From: Basidiobolus meristosporus CBS 931.73
Lineage: Eukaryota > Fungi > Basidiobolomycota
Length of the DNA: 64,000 nucleotides
Direction of reading: 5' to 3'
Assembly: GCA_002104905.1 (NCBI GenBank)
Contig: MCFE01000236.1
Coordinates: forward strand, 56,016-120,015
A program made the translations under genes and the position numbers. The notes under the pieces were generated by a model. The model saw only the letters and a program-made list of their open reading frames with translations. It ran no database searches and was not told the DNA's origin. The first letter of the stretch is position 1; each line of letters begins with the position of its first letter. Of this stretch, positions 1 through 12,848 are shown piece by piece.

Positions 1-1590
1 AATCACAATCCTCGTATTTATGTCCCGTCCGGCGAAGACGAAACGTATGAATACTATGTCAATGCTTCTAAGAATAGGCCTCATCTCAACCTGGAGGTTG
101 AGCGCCTTCCTGATATGATTACCCCCGAGTTCGTGCGTAGTATCAATAACAAGCCCGGGATATTGGCGCTAGCAATGGAGAAATACCAGGACGAGAATGG
201 GGATGAAGGCATGCGAGGTGTTCCATTCGTTGTTCCAGGCGGTAGATTCAATGAGATGTACGGGTGGGACTCTTACTTCGAATCACTGGGCTTGCTCATT
301 GATGGCAAGCTGGAGCTAGCCAAGGGCATGGTGGATAACTTTATATACGAAATTAAGCATTACGGCAAGATCCTCAACGCCAACCGTAGCTACTATCTTA
401 CTCGCTCGCAGCCCCCATTTCTGACCGATATGGCTTTGAAGGTGTACGATGCGCTTCCTCCATCCGATCCTGAAGGCAACAAGAAATGGCTGGCCACTGC
501 AATGGGTGCAGCTATAAAGGAATATCACACTATCTGGAACTGCGAGCCACGTTTAGATCCCAAATGCGGTCTTAGTCGCTACCATCCGACTGGAGTTGGT
601 ATTCCCCCTGAAACTGAGGCCTCGCATTTCGATCATGTAATCGCACCTTTTGCGGAGAAATTGGGAGTCGATATAGAGACATACCAGAAGCTTTACAACG
701 AGGGCCAAGTTATTGAGCCTGAATTAGACGATTACTTCATCAACGATAGAGCAGTGCGCGAGTCCGGCCATGACACAACTTACCGCTTTGAGAAGAGGTG
801 CGCGTATCTTGCGACCATCGATCTGAACGCGTTGCTGTACAAGTACGAAATTGACCTAGGGGAAACCATCCAGAACATCTTCGATGATAACCTCACTTTA
901 CCTGACGGCACAGTGGTAACAAGTGACTATTGGTTTGAACGTGCCAAAAGACGCAGAGCTTTGATTGATCGGTTTATGTGGAACGAAGAGAAAGGGCTCT
1001 ACTTCGACTATGATACCCGCCAAGAGAAGCAAATTACCTATGAGTCCGTTACTTCGCTGTGGGCCCTTTGGGCAGGATGTTCATCCAAAGAGCAGGCGGA
1101 GAAATTAGTGAAGGTTTCCTTAGAGAAATTCGAGGTCACCGGCGGACTGGTGTGTGGTACAGAAGAGTCCAGAGGTGTTATTTCACTCTCTCGCCCTAAT
1201 AGACAGTGGGACTATCCCTTTGGTTGGGCCCCTCATCAAATGTTGGCCTGGGTTGGTCTCGAGAAGTACGGATACATTGATGATGCTCGTCGTTTGGCCT
1301 ATCGCTGGCTATACACCATTACCAAATCGTTCGTAGACTTTAACGGAGTTGTCCCCGAGAAATTCGACATAGTTGGGATGACACATCAAGTCAAAGTCGA
1401 ATATGGCAACGTTGGTGTAGACTTCAAATACGTGCCTCGTGAAGGATTTGGCTGGATGAATGCTAGCTATCAACTTGGGCTTAGATACCTGACCAGTCAT
1501 ATGCGAAGAGCTTTGGGCACGCTAAGCACTCCTGATTCGTTCTTCAAGCCTCATCCTCCCCAAAGCCAGTCACCTGATCTCGTTGAGTAA
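1..1590 (+). CDS. NTH1: Neutral trehalase (GH37), 5' part outside the window
   Basis: Frame is open from base 1 (NHNPRIYVP...). Motifs [56 protein letters not shown] and [10 protein letters not shown] are present. Stop TAA ends at 1590. Confidence 0.95.
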   Translation, partial: NHNPRIYVPSGEDETYEYYVNASKNRPHLNLEVERLPDMITPEFVRSINNKPGILALAMEKYQDENGDEGMRGVPFVVPGGRFNEMYGWDSYFESLGLLIDGKLELAKGMVDNFIYEIKHYGKILNANRSYYLTRSQPPFLTDMALKVYDALPPSDPEGNKKWLATAMGAAIKEYHTIWNCEPRLDPKCGLSRYHPTGVGIPPETEASHFDHVIAPFAEKLGVDIETYQKLYNEGQVIEPELDDYFINDRAVRESGHDTTYRFEKRCAYLATIDLNALLYKYEIDLGETIQNIFDDNLTLPDGTVVTSDYWFERAKRRRALIDRFMWNEEKGLYFDYDTRQEKQITYESVTSLWALWAGCSSKEQAEKLVKVSLEKFEVTGGLVCGTEESRGVISLSRPNRQWDYPFGWAPHQMLAWVGLEKYGYIDDARRLAYRWLYTITKSFVDFNGVVPEKFDIVGMTHQVKVEYGNVGVDFKYVPREGFGWMNASYQLGLRYLTSHMRRALGTLSTPDSFFKPHPPQSQSPDLVE

Positions 1591-1984
1591 GATCTCAAAA
1601 GCTCTTCTAGCTGCTACCACAAAGATGCACATTCAACCGCTTCCGCGCTGAATAAACCCTACAAACATTAATATGTATTGCACATTATCACTATCAACTG
1701 GACTTATCAATGGTGTTTCGGTGTGCAACCTAACACCAACACAAAATCTAAGTGGCCAAGAGCTATTGGTTGGATGGGTAATTTTTTTCGAATATGTCCA
1801 ATCGAGTACTGGAAAAGGTACCAATGTCTCGGAGCCCCGTTGATATTTAAAATGCCTTTATGTTGAATGATTTTATGTGATGAACCAAATTAGGATTCAT
1901 ATGAATATATGACAAATATTATTTGTTACAATAAAGGTAGCAGGATGAACTGAATGTAAACATGATTATCATATAGTAATACAA

Positions 1985-3047
1985 TTACCAAACTTGGTTC
2001 ATGAATTTGAGAGAGGCCTCAACACCAAGGAAGCATGCCGCATTGGCAGGGAAAGCACGTAGCATAGCCGGGCCAAGACCACGGAACAAGGCACTTGGGC
2101 CTTCAGTACGCATCAAGTGGGTGAAGACATCCATAACACCCTTGTAGGTTCCCTCGGGAGCAGTTTGGAGGCGGGATTTCAAGACATCAGGGGGCTAGCA
2201 TATTGATTTGTTAGTTCAAACACTAATCACCATAAAATAGCAATAGACACTTACAATAGCGACAGCCCAGTTAGCCATACCAGCCAGACCACCAGCAACC
2301 AATACAGCCATGGGGCTGAGAGTATCAGGTCCGGTGTCACCGGATAGAGCGGCCTTGGCAAACTCGTATGCACCGAAGTAAGCAACGGACCCGGGCACAT
2401 CTCTCATCAAGGTAGCGCCAGTACCTCTGAACAAACTGCGCATTCCGCCTTCCTTGAAAATTCCAATAGCAGCATCAACTGGACCCTTGTATTTCTGGAC
2501 ACCTCCAGCGTCACCTTGGATTTGAAGAAGACACTTGATACGCTCGGTGGGGGCCATCAACAAAGTGGCAGGGATAGCAGAGAAACCACCGGCAAAGAGG
2601 ATTTGACCCATGCTGAGCTTCTCATTAGGATCCTGCAGACAACTGTTAAACCACCAAGCCTGTCACCACTCGAATACACCCACTTACCAAACCAAGTGCC
2701 CATATTTGCAATTTCTTCCCCATGTCATATCCCCAGAAGCACGTAGCAAAGATAGGGGTAACACCAATTAGCGGAGTAGACATACCGCGATAGAGACCAC
2801 GTACACCATCGCGAGCAATGGTTTTCTTGAAGCAGTCAGCAATTCCGGTGTAAGTATTGGAGGTTTGAAGACGGACCTTGATTAGATCAAGGGGATGACC
2901 GGCGGCAACAAGGCAAATACCACCAAAACCACCGGAAAGGAAGGATTTGACACCGGATGTGCCACCAGTAGCTTTGGTCTCCTCCTTAATCTCAACAGAT
3001 TTCTCAACTAGCGAAGCAGGGCTGGGAAGAACTTGTTCAGTGCTCAT
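1985..3047 (-). CDS. CRC1: Mitochondrial carrier, carnitine/acylcarnitine type; 3 exons (3047-2688, 2632-2255, 2194-1985), ~315 aa
   Basis: Three PxD/ExxK carrier motifs ([32 protein letters not shown]). GT-AG introns 2633-2687 and 2195-2254 join the ORF pieces in frame. C-terminus [12 protein letters not shown]. Confidence 0.88.
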
Positions 3048-4878
3048 TATGAAAATTTACTTGGAAATAATGCCTTTGTGGACCCGGTAGAGTAGGAGGA
3101 AGAGAGGACACCAAAACCTTTGAATAGTTCGACCTTGTCTGATCGGTTTATATATGCCAGTTGGGAGGAGACACGGACCTCATTGCGAGCGAAGTAAGCT
3201 TGATCAATGGAATCATGACATGAGTATTTATCACATGGTCAATTAATCTTTATTATTAATATTTAAGCCAATAAGATTTCTGATTTGTCATTTGAACACG
3301 ATTCACGTAATAGTAGCATCAATTGAAACAAGTACCTTGGTAGATTCATGCCGTTTTCCATGCTTTTTGGTATTCCCGAAGGTATTAGCTGTTACTCGAA
3401 AAGTCGTTGTGCGCCGTGCGGCGAAGAAAAGAGTTAGTTCGTCGAATCTTTTGATTATACATGAGACATCCCATTGAGCGCGCTGGCAAAAAACTCAGAC
3501 ACCCATACGGATAAATCGGAACAGCATGACATCTGGTGGAAAATTAGGCGGGATATTGTTGGTGTCGTGGGAGTATGGAGGGCACAATGCTTCGTCATGC
3601 TTCAAGTTGTGTCCACTGCCAGATGTCTGCCTGGTTATCATCCTCGCCAACCCTGGAGCAGCCTCGGAAATTCACGGTTGTAGCGATTTCAGCCACCCAG
3701 ACGTCAAAATCTACTAGATGAAGCTGAATTTTAGATCATCTACCAAGATGATATTGATGTATCATTCTTCATAAGGCAAAGCCCCTACAACAACTCTATT
3801 CATGTAACATCCTGAATCTCCAATGGTTCCTTTCATATATGGAACTGTTCAGGCAAATGCTAGGCCTTTATTGATTTTGGAGGATTATCTTGAAATTGGT
3901 GGCACCGGCCGAGGGCAGCAAATAATGTTCTGAACAACTGGTCATCAACCCAGGCATCTTGTGTGACGGCCATCGTCGAACCTTATTCACCGCTTTTCTG
4001 CCAGCCTCTTCGTTCCACACTTGCGCTGGTGGACAATCTTTAAACAAGAATGCCATCCATTCATGAAACGAAACGAAACGAGCTTTTGGTTCGACTATCT
4101 TATCTCCGAGATGTAACCAGTTAATTCATCCGAAGTGCACATGGTGCTCACTTGGTCATTTTCTGAATGCCACCGAGTCCGCATCCCATCCTGACAGCTG
4201 ATCGGCTTTGGTTACCTATCCACATTGACGTCATAGGCCAGCATCCCATTGACCGAAGCGAATCTGGAATAAATGTGAGGAATTCTGGAAACAATGGAAA
4301 GAGTTGGATACTTGCGATTAGCTTTCAATCCAAGCCTAATCGACTGTTTTAGTAAGTGATCAGCTACATCTCCCCAATATTTCTGTGTAGAATGATGATT
4401 GTTAACAAGCCGGCCTATCCCACCTACAAATCCACCTAAACCATGATTAGCTTAAAATGTACTCATATTCGTGGGCTACACATTCAAAATTGCCCAAATT
4501 TATCATTTTATTGATATGTGTGGCATATTGTTGGATAAACAACATTGTGCAGAAAGGGGTTTTGCGATTTAGTAGTATAAGCTAGGAATTGCAATTTCCA
4601 AAAAGCGATGTTGTTGCCAAAATGACAATTATCTTCTAAAACTCGACTCAATTTGTAGTATTCCGCCTAAACATAATAGTCACAGCATATTGGGAGAATA
4701 ATTTCCCAGTGAGTTCCTATGGTCTAGCTCATTTTTATCGTGAAGTTTTTCTGATATTTCTTTTCTGGGGTTATTATAAGGAGATGGTATAAATTAAACG
4801 CCTCTGTGTGGATTTTCCTTGTTACCTTGGAACAGATATTCTTCTCTCAGAAGCCTCACTCACATCCGTACTACATTC

Positions 4879-5964
4879 ATGAAAAGCTTTACATCCAAAG
4901 AGCATCTGCTCTCCTTGATGGGTCTGTTGGTATGCTTTTCTTCGATAGGTGTTTTGATCCGCGTGGGTTTGGGCCTTGCCTTCAAATACAAGAGTCAGCC
5001 AGTCTTTGGCCTTATCTATGCACAAATCGTCGGTTGCTTATTTATGGGTGCCGCTATTTCTAGACGTGCCACTATCATGAATTACTATCCACCTCTGTAT
5101 ACCGCCATAACAACCGGGCTATGTGGATCGATTACTACTTTCTCCTCTTGGAACCTTGGTTTGTTTGAGGCCTTTGCAAATTATGACCAAGGCTACGATC
5201 ATGGTGTTGACAACGTAGGCGGTATCATATTAATTATAGACTTCGTGCCTGGTTCTCACACGTATTTCTTTCACTAGTTCCTATCTGCCTTGTCCATTAT
5301 AATAATCACTCTTGGCATGTCGGTCGCAAGTTTGTTGTTTGGCAAATATATAAGCGAGGTGATTTTTGGCAAGGAGCCCGAAGAACTTGAAGTACCAAAG
5401 ACAGTTCGCGCTTACAGCGTCGGCGAGTTGTCCAGCAAAGATTATCTAGGTGTTGCCCTGGGTATAGCTACGTTAGTAGTATTCATTGTAATCCCCAGCA
5501 CGGTAAAGAATCAGCGAGCCATCACTTTTGCTGCACTCTTTGGACCAATTGGTAAGGAGATACCCATATCCATTTCTACACATGTCTTGCTGACACCTCC
5601 ATTCGTTTTAGGAACATTCATACGCTGGCAATTGGCCCCGTTGAATGCCAAGCGACCTGGATTCCCTATTGGAACCTTTTTAGCCAATATGTTTGGGACA
5701 GCTATCTTGGCCTCCTTGAGCTTGATTACTCATGAAACGTCCAACATAACCTCATGCCAGATCCTAGCTGGTATGGCTGACGGGCTTTGCGGGTGCCTAA
5801 CTACCATATCTACCTTTACCAATGAGTTGATCACTTTACCAAAACGCAAGGCCTTGATTTACGGATTCGTATCCCTCCTTCTAGGTCAAAGTCTGATGGT
5901 GCTGATTCTAGGAAGTTATCTCTGGACTAAAGGCGACCCCTGGGCAGCCTGTAGTACCCATTGA
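4879..5964 (+). CDS. FEX1: Fluoride exporter FEX with two CrcB/Fluc domains; introns 5215-5277 and 5552-5611
   Basis: Two Fluc signature motifs (TGLCGSITTFSSW and DGLCGCLTTISTF) and multiple TM segments. Canonical introns join ORFs 4819 and 5290 in frame. Confidence 0.9.
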
Positions 5965-6352
5965 GGATCGAATGGAGGAGTAAACGGGAGTAACTTAGGT
6001 GTATGATTCCTTCTGTATTTCCAGCTACATTCAAAAGCAACAACATCCACACTCTCTAACTAAGAATTCCGTGATGTCAAGATAGATTATTTTATAGATA
6101 CACTTAGATAATAGTATTTTGCTAGAAGTAAAAGTCCGTTATAAATGTTTATGTTCGGTCAACAATTTTCCACTTTTCTGGATTTCCAATGGTTCCACCA
6201 TTGATAAATCAAAATCGTTCTCTGATTAATTTCATAAGGTTGCACGAGTCAATCATAACTTGCATATTATTGGAATGTTTATTTTGTATTGTTTGTTAGT
6301 TCGATGTTACAGAATGGTGGTGACAGTATGTTTATACTACAGCAGACGATGT

Positions 6353-6964
6353 TTACCACCCTCTTGGTCCATTGTCGTATCCTGGCTGACCGCCATAACC
6401 TTGACCGTATCCTGGCTGGTTGCCATAGTTTTGCTGATACCCATAGCCAGGTTGGTTATTATAGCCTTGGTTGCCATATTCGTTGCCAGGGGCATTCTGG
6501 TAGTAGTTGTTTTGTGGAGGTGGTGCGTTGTAGCCTTGGTTGTAGCCTTGATTGTAACCCTGGTTGTAACCCTGGTTTCCGTAGTTGTTCTCGTAGACAG
6601 TCTCGTTGACGATTTGCTCATAACCGGTACCGCCCCTATATTTCTCGTCGGCCAGCTTGTGGGCCTGTGCTTGTGCATGGTGTCTGACCTTCTGAGCATC
6701 CATCCAGTCAAGACCCTTAGTTTCAATGAGTTTGTCGGCTTCGGCAGCAGCGAAACCGGCCAACATTTCCTTCATCAAAGAATGGCTGGGTTGTTCTCCA
6801 GAACGCCTAACGTGGTTTTCGTAAGCCTTCATCGCTTCGAAGCCGGCGGCTCCGGCAATGACTTCATGGGTCAGAGAGCTCTTATGGTGCTCAGGGGTGT
6901 TATACACTTGTCTATGTGCATCCTCGCTATCTCCGAGGCCAAACAAACTTCCTAAGTCGAACAT
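6353..6964 (-). CDS. DUF3759/CipC-like protein with a Q/N/G/Y-rich C-terminal tail, ~203 aa
   Basis: Motifs HKSSLTHEVIAGAAGFEAMKAYE, HSLMKEMLAGFAAAEADKLIETKGLDW. First ATG at 6964; the track's upstream extension starts at a non-ATG codon. Confidence 0.82.
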   Translation of the reverse strand: MFDLGSLFGLGDSEDAHRQVYNTPEHHKSSLTHEVIAGAAGFEAMKAYENHVRRSGEQPSHSLMKEMLAGFAAAEADKLIETKGLDWMDAQKVRHHAQAQAHKLADEKYRGGTGYEQIVNETVYENNYGNQGYNQGYNQGYNQGYNAPPPQNNYYQNAPGNEYGNQGYNNQPGYGYQQNYGNQPGYGQGYGGQPGYDNGPRGW

Positions 6965-8257
6965 GGTTAATGATAGGGGGATATGTGAATGAGTTGAGAG
7001 TAGAGAACCATCGCCTATTATATAGTGGCTGCCACGTACCCTAAATTTAACGTGTTTACAGTACACAATCCGATTGGTCATCAATTGAGGACTTGTCTTG
7101 GCAGCATCGATATTGTCGGGAATTCATGTAGCTATAATAACGGAATCCATCATTCGTTTGTTGCCCCTTGGCTCAATTACCGCCAAGTGCTGTTTGAAAC
7201 ACAACTCCCTTTCTCTATTCAGTAGTTCCATTGTTAACGTATTGCTAGATATGGAACTCCTGGATAGCCATATGACATTGTTGCCATATTCGACGATGCA
7301 ATCCTCTGGGATTTAGCATACTGATGGATTTACCGATTACGTGTCAGGTGGCTAGAAATTTCCACTTTTCTCATGGTAAAAATAGAACCATCACTTGGAC
7401 TGTAACTATTCGCTCGAAATCGACCTCCCAGCTGGCCTATAGTGGGAGCAGGGTCGAATCAATAGTTTTCTAAAGAAGCACAGCACCCATGGCTATATCG
7501 AGACTTCTGCGCTGCCATCCGCCATCCCTGTTTCTCTCGATTGTGGATCTGGGATATCACCTACGAAGGATGGTGCGTTGGTGGCATTGCTGGAATGTGC
7601 TTCCAAGTAGAACACTCGACTCACTACCCGTGCTCATGCGGATTCAGAGTAGACCCTAGAGCCCCGGCGATTGGATGGGGCGTTTAGGTGAAATCATAAC
7701 AGATCGCAAGTAGAACAGCAATCCATTGGGTTGATTCAGAACTGACACTAATAGAAAGATCTATCAGCACCGCGATGGTGACTACTCTAGACCACTCAGT
7801 TGATTGATCAATCCACTCGACTATCAAGTCGCCATCGCCACCGTCGATTAATCGAATGACTCAACGCAATTAGATTGAAGCTTAAGCAATGGGCTGAGTG
7901 TGATGGATAAGAAGATAATTCCAAGTAACTTGTAAAATTATGATTGAAAAAAAGTAAAAAAAATACTTAGTATGAGTTTAGTTGCTTTAAACGCAAAATT
8001 AGGCGAAGGTTCTCGTGAGAAACGTTTAACACACCACTCTTCAACCCAAGCTCTTCCTTTTCGCGGTATGTTATGACCTTTTTTCCCGTGCTTTCGTATT
8101 CATTTGTGCCCTGAACTGCGAATCCGCCACATCAGAGGCTCTGCCTACGAAAGATCGTAGTTTAGCCAGGTCTTATATAGCTTGTGACTGAAGGATACCT
8201 TCAACTTCTTGAATAACATGGTTCAATTTCGATTTTTAATCCATTGAAGTGTTTAGA

Positions 8258-9440
8258 ATGGAAAACGGCCACGACTCTCCGACAGATCGTAAGCGTCAGC
8301 ACGCAGACGATGTACAAACATTCGACTCGGATAAAAAGGCTTCGAAATCGAGGAAGCCGACCCTCGACGATGATACCGAAGGAGCTCCCGAAGAAAACGC
8401 CAAGTATGAGAAACAAATATACTATAAAAATGCGGAACTCTGTTTAATCCCATTTGATACAAACTAGACTTCAAGAAGAGGAGACACCTATCGCCTCTCC
8501 TTCCACCACAACTCTTTCGCTACGCTCTCTGGTGTTCGCCAAGGAGGCAGGCATAATCATTGGCAGGGGCGGACAGAGTGTCAAAGAGATCCGAGAGCGC
8601 TCAGGGACCAAGGTGACTATCTCGGAGCAGATTCAAGGAGTCAACGAAAGAATCTTGGCCATCACCGGTCTTGTTGACGCGATATCCAAGGTAATCCCTA
8701 TTCAGTGATTTATTGGAGATGTTGACTCAACGTCTTCGAACCAGGCATATTCCTTGGTCGCCCAAAGACTCACAGAGGATATTGAAGATGAAACGATCAA
8801 AACGGCCAAAGGGGCTACCATCCGACTGCTGATTCCTCACAAACGCATGGGATACATAATCGGCAAGAGCGGCTCCAAAATCAAGGAGATCCAAGAGGCT
8901 TCTGGAGCCAAGTTAAACGCCTCGGAGGAGATGCTTCCTCATTCCACAGAACGCATCCTCACCATCAACGGCGTGGCAGATGCCATTCATATTGCGATCT
9001 ATCATGTATGCCAGATTCTCCAGGATCATATGGATCGCTCATCAGATTGTATTGCATACAAGCCGCAATTACGAATGGCATATATGGGTGGACCTGTTCC
9101 ACATCAGTTTTACGGAGCGCAGCCTGGATATCCGTTATTAGGCATGCCGTCGATGCGACATGATAGGTCGGTCCCAGCACCTCAGACCACCAGTCACGAA
9201 ACTCAATCACAGCAAATAATCATTCCCAATGACATGGTTGGATGTATCATTGGCAAAGGCGGATCTAAGATCAATGAGATTCGACAAATGTCGGGCTCAC
9301 ACATCAAAATCGGCGAGCCTCAAAACGATTCCAACGAGCGCTTGGTCACCATCACCGGGCCACCCGAGTGCAACCAGATGGCCCTTTACCTACTCTACAC
9401 ACGCTTAGAATCAGAGAAAGTGCGAGGATCGAGCTGGTGA
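8258..9440 (+). CDS. Three-KH-domain RNA-binding protein (hnRNP K/E, Pbp2/Hek2-like); introns 8404-8467 and 8691-8744
   Basis: Three GxxG loops (IIGRGGQSVKEI, IIGKSGSKIKEI, IIGKGGSKINEI). GT-AG introns give in-frame joins. Confidence 0.9.
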
Positions 9441-10353
9441 GGATGTTGCGCAGTAGGGCACATTCAAGTGAATCAGAAAGTAGCACCATTCTAGAAGATT
9501 TTAGGACCACTTTTGCTTTGTATGTTATGTCATCACTCAGTCTCCTGTGAGCTTATCCTTTCTCCTATTTTTCTTGTGTCGACCGCTTAACCTTTGGACA
9601 TTCTCTTATTCTCGGGAAGAATGGTACTTTGTGCAGTGAATATACATATACCTTTTTATGCTCAGGCATGGCATTTCTGATGGTTTTTTCGCACACGTCC
9701 CCGTGCTTCTGAGCGCATTCCCAATGCAGATTAGCTGCCGGACCTGGAGCCCACTGACACTGGTTTGTGTGGCAAGTATGGTTGACTGGATGATGCATGG
9801 ATCCCTATTCCCCTGGGATCGGCCGGTAACAGCTCATCTGTAAGGCTGGCGAGCGATTGGCAAGCCCAACATGCTCTTGGTCATTTTCTGGACTGCACAG
9901 TGGAGAAGGCCCTCTAAAAGGGACGGTGTGGGCCACCATAAATGTGCACTGAGGGCTGGATAATCAGCCTATTTAGGAATTGGGGGATGAATTAAGCAGC
10001 AGAGTAGAGCATTCTACGAAATAGATTCCAAATGGGAGTCTCTTCCCCGATATATCGAAGATACTCGATGGTCGCCTCTGCAGGCTCTAATACGAGGAAG
10101 AGCCCAAGCAATAGGGTAACGGGGCGGGGGTGATTCGTGACCATGCTGAGGCTGTCGATGGGGCGGCTCTTGCTGTGTACACTCTAGCATTGCAGAAGGC
10201 ATTTATGAATTTTGCCTGGAGATTGTGCTTGTGTTACACCGATATCGAGCCATGACCAAATCGACTGGAGGGTTATTTCGCTGCATCGATTCTATATCTA
10301 ATCGAGTCACGGCACTAGTAACGTCGTATGGTTTTATTTGGTGTGACTTCCAG

Positions 10354-10373
10354 CCCTACCCCTAACCCAACCC
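10354..10373 (-). repeat. Degenerate telomere-like repeat and canonical G-quadruplex motif
   Basis: Plus strand CCCTACCCCTAACCCAACCC; minus strand GGGTTGGGTTAGGGGTAGGG, four G-tracts with 2-3 nt loops. Confidence 0.55.
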
Positions 10374-11486
10374 TGACATGCAGAGCCTTCTAACCGGTAT
10401 TCTGTATCTTATATATGGCAAATCTAACCGAGCTCCCAATATGTGCCTTGAGTTCTGCATTAGTCCACTGGTGGATGACAACATAGCAATACATGTGATG
10501 ACTTGTTTGACAACTCACTGGGTTAGTCCGAGTTGTTTACCCAGCTTGGGGTGCTATTGGTGGGGCGTCTGGCTGAGGTCAAACATGTACAGATTAGCTG
10601 GTTGGGTGTTTGTGTGTTGGTAACAAGAAACGGGCCATTTGGACAAGTGCATCTACGCGAGAGATCGCCAAGAGCGGTGTTGGGCGATCATCAAGTTACT
10701 GCCCAGGGGAAACCAGCTGGCCAATGGAACAGCAGCGTTCGCTGACAATGAGGTGATGGGCCAATTTCCCCGCGTCTTTCGGGCATTGCAGAGCACCCGT
10801 AGGCCTATGGATTCTGGCAAGTCATGAGTCACAGCATGGATATGTATTTCAGCGGTTTGGCATGCGTTCGTTTAGGAAAGTTACTCTTTCATCTCTCCCG
10901 CCTCTATTTGTCCATCCTCTACCTATAATATGTCAAAAATGTAACTTGTTCTAAAACCAAAACCGAATCAAATATATATATATCGAATTTGTGCATTTGC
11001 CGAGCAGGAAAGATGGATTAAATCATACATATATGTACGATGGATATCCTTATGTGGTGTACACCCGTGAATTTGCTTCGTTTTCTCCCACCGTATACCA
11101 CTCCCCTTTCGAGTTCCCCTTTCCGATTAATTTGCCATCACTCCCTACTTCGCAACTCCCGTTTTTGGTGTTGACGTACCACTTTCACAATCATTTCCCC
11201 TGTTTCGCAAACCAAAGATGTTGTGCTGAATGCCTGAATGCCCTACCAAAATGGTCCATTGATATATCAGGTTCATTCCAGATTGTCTATAAAAATGTGT
11301 CTACTGAGTTGGTTTTTCACTTCGTTCATTCGCCTATCTTTCTTTCACTTCGCCTACATCCGATCTACTCACGACAGCGGCCTTGCCTTTATTAATCCTA
11401 ATCCAGCTCGACAAGCCAACATTACACCACAATCCTTTGAAAGAATATCTCCTTTCCCTAGTCACCCCTCCCCTCCGATTCAACCA

Positions 11487-12495
11487 ATGGCAATATTGAG
11501 GGAGGATTTCTATGTAATTCAAGCCACTCAGGTGGACAAAATTAGAGGATCAGAAATCATTCGGACCGTCCTAGTACCAGCGACATTTTCGTTACTCCAA
11601 CTACACGTAGCTCTGCAGGAGCTTTTCGGATGGGCTGAAACGAGAGATTCCTATCATTCCTTTAGACACTTTCCATACAGCAGCGGCGAGGGTGTTCTCA
11701 CCACGGAAAACCCCGACGTGATTTACCAACTAGTCACCCCAGAGGCCTGCGAGGGCTGGATAAAGAACATTGCTCCTGGGCTGTTCATAGGTATGTTCCG
11801 CTTGCTTCCCTTTCTGAGTCGAGTTTCTTACCATCTTTGCACTTGTAGAACACACCCATCCTCATGAGCCAGCCCCGCTGTTCTCTTTGCACAATCGCGA
11901 CCAACCTCGAGAACTGCTTACCATGCGCATCTTGAGAGACGAGCGGGTTTACAAGCTGCACCACGTGTTTGACAAGTCTTCGATGCTTGAGTACGAACTC
12001 GAAACTGGTGTGGAGAATCGGCCTAATCGTATACTTTATTTAAATCATATCGAAACCATCGTCTCCGACGGAGCGCTATTCAAAGAACAAGGGCTCTTTC
12101 CCGTGGTCTTGGAGGCGCTAAGTACAGATAAAACACAATCGAGTAAAGCCTGGAACGTGGAAATATGGAATATACAAGAGCGTCTTAATATCGCACATGC
12201 CAACGATCTGGACAATGCTCGGTGCTACTTGTGTCGGAGGTACCACGGCGAATGTGCTGGGAGAGAGAATCTATTTGCAGCAGATAGGTGTAGTGAATAT
12301 TGCTTGCACCATCCCAGTCAACACACGGAGCCTCTAGAAGAGGGTTTAGCAGAGCTGGCTTGGGTACAAGGAAGAGATGAGCTGATTCTAGAGCGGCTTA
12401 AATTTCTTGGTCAATGCGACACGAAACCATGTGAAAAATGGGGGGAGAATGAGGAATATTGTAGTTCATGGTCTTCTCTTTTCATCGCACCGTGA
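11487..12495 (+). CDS. Hypothetical protein with a pRiA4b ORF-3 (MM3350)-like N-terminus; intron 11791-11848, ~316 aa
   Basis: IIRTVLVPATFSLLQLHVALQELFGW...HSF resembles the PRiA4_ORF3 motif. A GTATGT...TGTAG intron joins ORFs 11238 and 11887 in frame. Cys/His-rich C-terminal segment. Confidence 0.68.
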
Positions 12496-12848
12496 TGGAG
12501 TACCAACCTGTCATTAATTTCTCCAAATATCCGCACTTCATCTACCGCACGGCATTCCAATGTTATTTCTCCTAGACTCACCGGGAATGATTGTTTACAT
12601 TGTTAGAAAACACTGTAATCAATCTTCATCGTAGCCTCCTCCCCTTCACATTTATGTAGAATAGTTGCCCATCAGTCACTTCGAAGTAATACCTCACTTG
12701 TTCAAATAAGCTCAACCCCTCCTGAAGCGCATCAAGAACATGGTCCCCGTTGATTTTTTATTGCAGTCAAATTCTCTTGGCCCGTTATAAAGAATAAAAG
12801 GCTACCACTTGTGCATAGTAACATGAAGAAGAAAGGTCCTCGGATGAG

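Noticed and set aside
3290-4400. Cluster of 60-70 aa ORFs between the carrier and FEX genes, plus (GAAAC)3 near 4065
   Set aside because: No motif and no consistent spliced frame on either strand. Treated as intergenic.
4780-4830. GGAGATGG upstream of FEX resembles the start of a crcB fluoride riboswitch
   Set aside because: No complementary P1 strand and no downstream GCTGATGA...CCTAC-type motif. It is followed by TATAAA, so a core promoter is more likely.
6260-6955. 231-aa hydrophobic plus-strand ORF
   Set aside because: Antisense shadow of the repetitive DUF3759 gene, with a non-ATG start.
10991-11486. ORF 10991..11395 and the 5' extension of ORF 11238
   Set aside because: Pyrimidine-rich promoter/UTR-like composition. 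The recognisable domain starts at ATG 11487.
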